Below, one piece after another: positions 23,470 through 24,674 of a stretch of DNA of 24,674 bases. Each line of letters opens with the position of its first letter. Within the stretch, counting starts at the first letter, position 1. The translations under genes were made by a program, and so were the position numbers. Source of the stretch: Octopus bimaculoides. Its lineage: Eukaryota. Where the stretch lies: NCBI RefSeq assembly GCF_001194135.2, contig NC_068986.1:23802672-23827345 (forward strand), written 5' to 3'. Under the pieces are notes generated by a model, which had not been told where the DNA came from, ran no database searches, and was given only the letters and a program-made list of their open reading frames with translations.

Positions 23470-23600
23470 ATTGCTATCCGTAACCATCTTGTCTATTATT
23501 TTGATGAATCTAGAACGTTGCTAAACTTGTCCTTTCTGTTTTAAGACGTGTGTTTGTGATGTGAGGAAGTTAGTTCTTCTATTTCTAGGAGGTTCAGAGC
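23470..23600 (-). repeat. Decayed copy of the dispersed repeat
   Basis: Reverse complement cctcctagaaatagaagaactaacttcctcacatcacaaacacacgtcttaaaacagaaaggac..caagatggttacggatagc. Confidence 0.5.
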
Positions 23601-24002
23601 GTGCACGATCTCTGTATTTTCATTTGACAATTTAAAGAAATCAGCGGGAGAATGTTCAGAGAAGAATGCTCTGGTAGCTTTGCTTTACGTAGTTTGCCCA
23701 GATTCCTAAGAGAATCATGTCTCAACACTTCAAATTGACTTGTTAATTAATCACTACTTACATAGCTTAACTATAATTTATAGTCAAGCTAACACGCGTA
23801 TCTTTATAGAAATGTATTACATCAGTAATGTTGTTCATTAACTAGTTATTACTACTAATTCATTATTATTTATGATTTATTTTACTTTGGTATAAATGTA
23901 TTTAGCGAAGCGGTAAAGTAGATTCAATTGATCTTAGTTTATTACCGCACATAGGTCATCTACAATGTAATAAACGTTATACTGAACTAAGTTTCAAATG
24001 AC

Positions 24003-24006
<4 letters not shown>

Positions 24007-24066
<60 letters not shown>
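24007..24066. repeat. (AT)n microsatellite
   Basis: Directly visible. Confidence 0.98.
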
Positions 24067-24068
<2 letters not shown>

Positions 24069-24222
24069 CCCTCTGGCCGTCTCCCCGGCTGTCTCACTAT
24101 TATATCTAGCCATCTAACCATGTATACTTATTTATATATATATATTGAATTCATTGATATAGCTATACATGTGGTTATGGCTATGCTCGTTTGTATGTGT
24201 GTTTCTTAAGAAAGCTTCCATG

Positions 24223-24674
24223 CAGGTTTGCCAAACGTATTTTGATGAAAGTACCAAATTTACCAAACTAAAAGTGCCAGATTTTGCCCATAAAGTACCA
24301 ATATGTAAATTTGTAATTTTTTGCCTGTAAATCAACTGAAATGCATAATATATATTCTTTATAATATTCAGAGTATTACTTTAAATGACCTGCACATATT
24401 TAATGTACTCACTTTATAATTAGAAGTTTGCATCGTCAATAGGGTGAGGTTCCTCTTTGTATCAATGTCCTTGTCCTTCTTGTAATTGAGTACAAATCTT
24501 TGCATCGGGTGTATAAGTTGTGTAGTTTCGATCACGGAGAAGACTTAGTGAATGTAGCAGTGTATTGATTGTTTGGGTATGCTGCTTAGATCTATTGTTG
24601 ACTTAAAAGTTATTTAGGACTGACAATATTCTTTCCGCTGTAGCTGAAGAATGTGGTAATAACAGGAGGTGAAA
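24223..24674 (-). mobile_element. hAT-superfamily DNA transposon 3' end (TIR, subterminal repeats, transposase remnant); continues beyond the window
   Basis: The terminus reads CAGGTTTGCCAAAC (24223), with subterminal motifs AAAGTACCAA/AAAGTGCCAG at 24248, 24271 and 24292. The transposase remnant lies in the orientation expected for a 3' end. Confidence 0.8.
24462..24674 (-). pseudogene. hAT transposase C-terminal dimerisation-domain remnant
   Basis: FHLLLLPHSSATAERILSVLNNF*VNNRSKQHTQTINTLLHSLS matches the hAT motif LPHS.A..ER.FS.L..IK...RN.L....I.ALL, with one in-frame stop. Confidence 0.8.

Overview
AT-rich eukaryotic draft-assembly sequence with four N gaps, many microsatellites and no intact protein-coding gene that I can support. 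The tRNA-derived SINEs match my recollection of abundant octopus SINE families, so a coleoid cephalopod source is likely (recalled, not database-checked). Recognisable content is decayed mobile DNA: a Penelope-like fragment (~101-450, -), four SINE copies, the 3' end of a CRE-type RLE LINE (~17645-17800, -), a hAT transposon end with TIR and dimerisation-domain remnant (24223-24674, -), and about six copies of an unnamed dispersed repeat. The main unexplained structure is an old three-copy tandem duplication of a ~2.7 kb unit (~1880-9345). One hand-counted block is 73% identical, there are patchy hints of a former reading frame, and I could not assign it to a family. A near-perfect 54-bp-arm palindrome lies at 14839-14952. 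Almost all listed ORFs are microsatellite, gap or chance artefacts.
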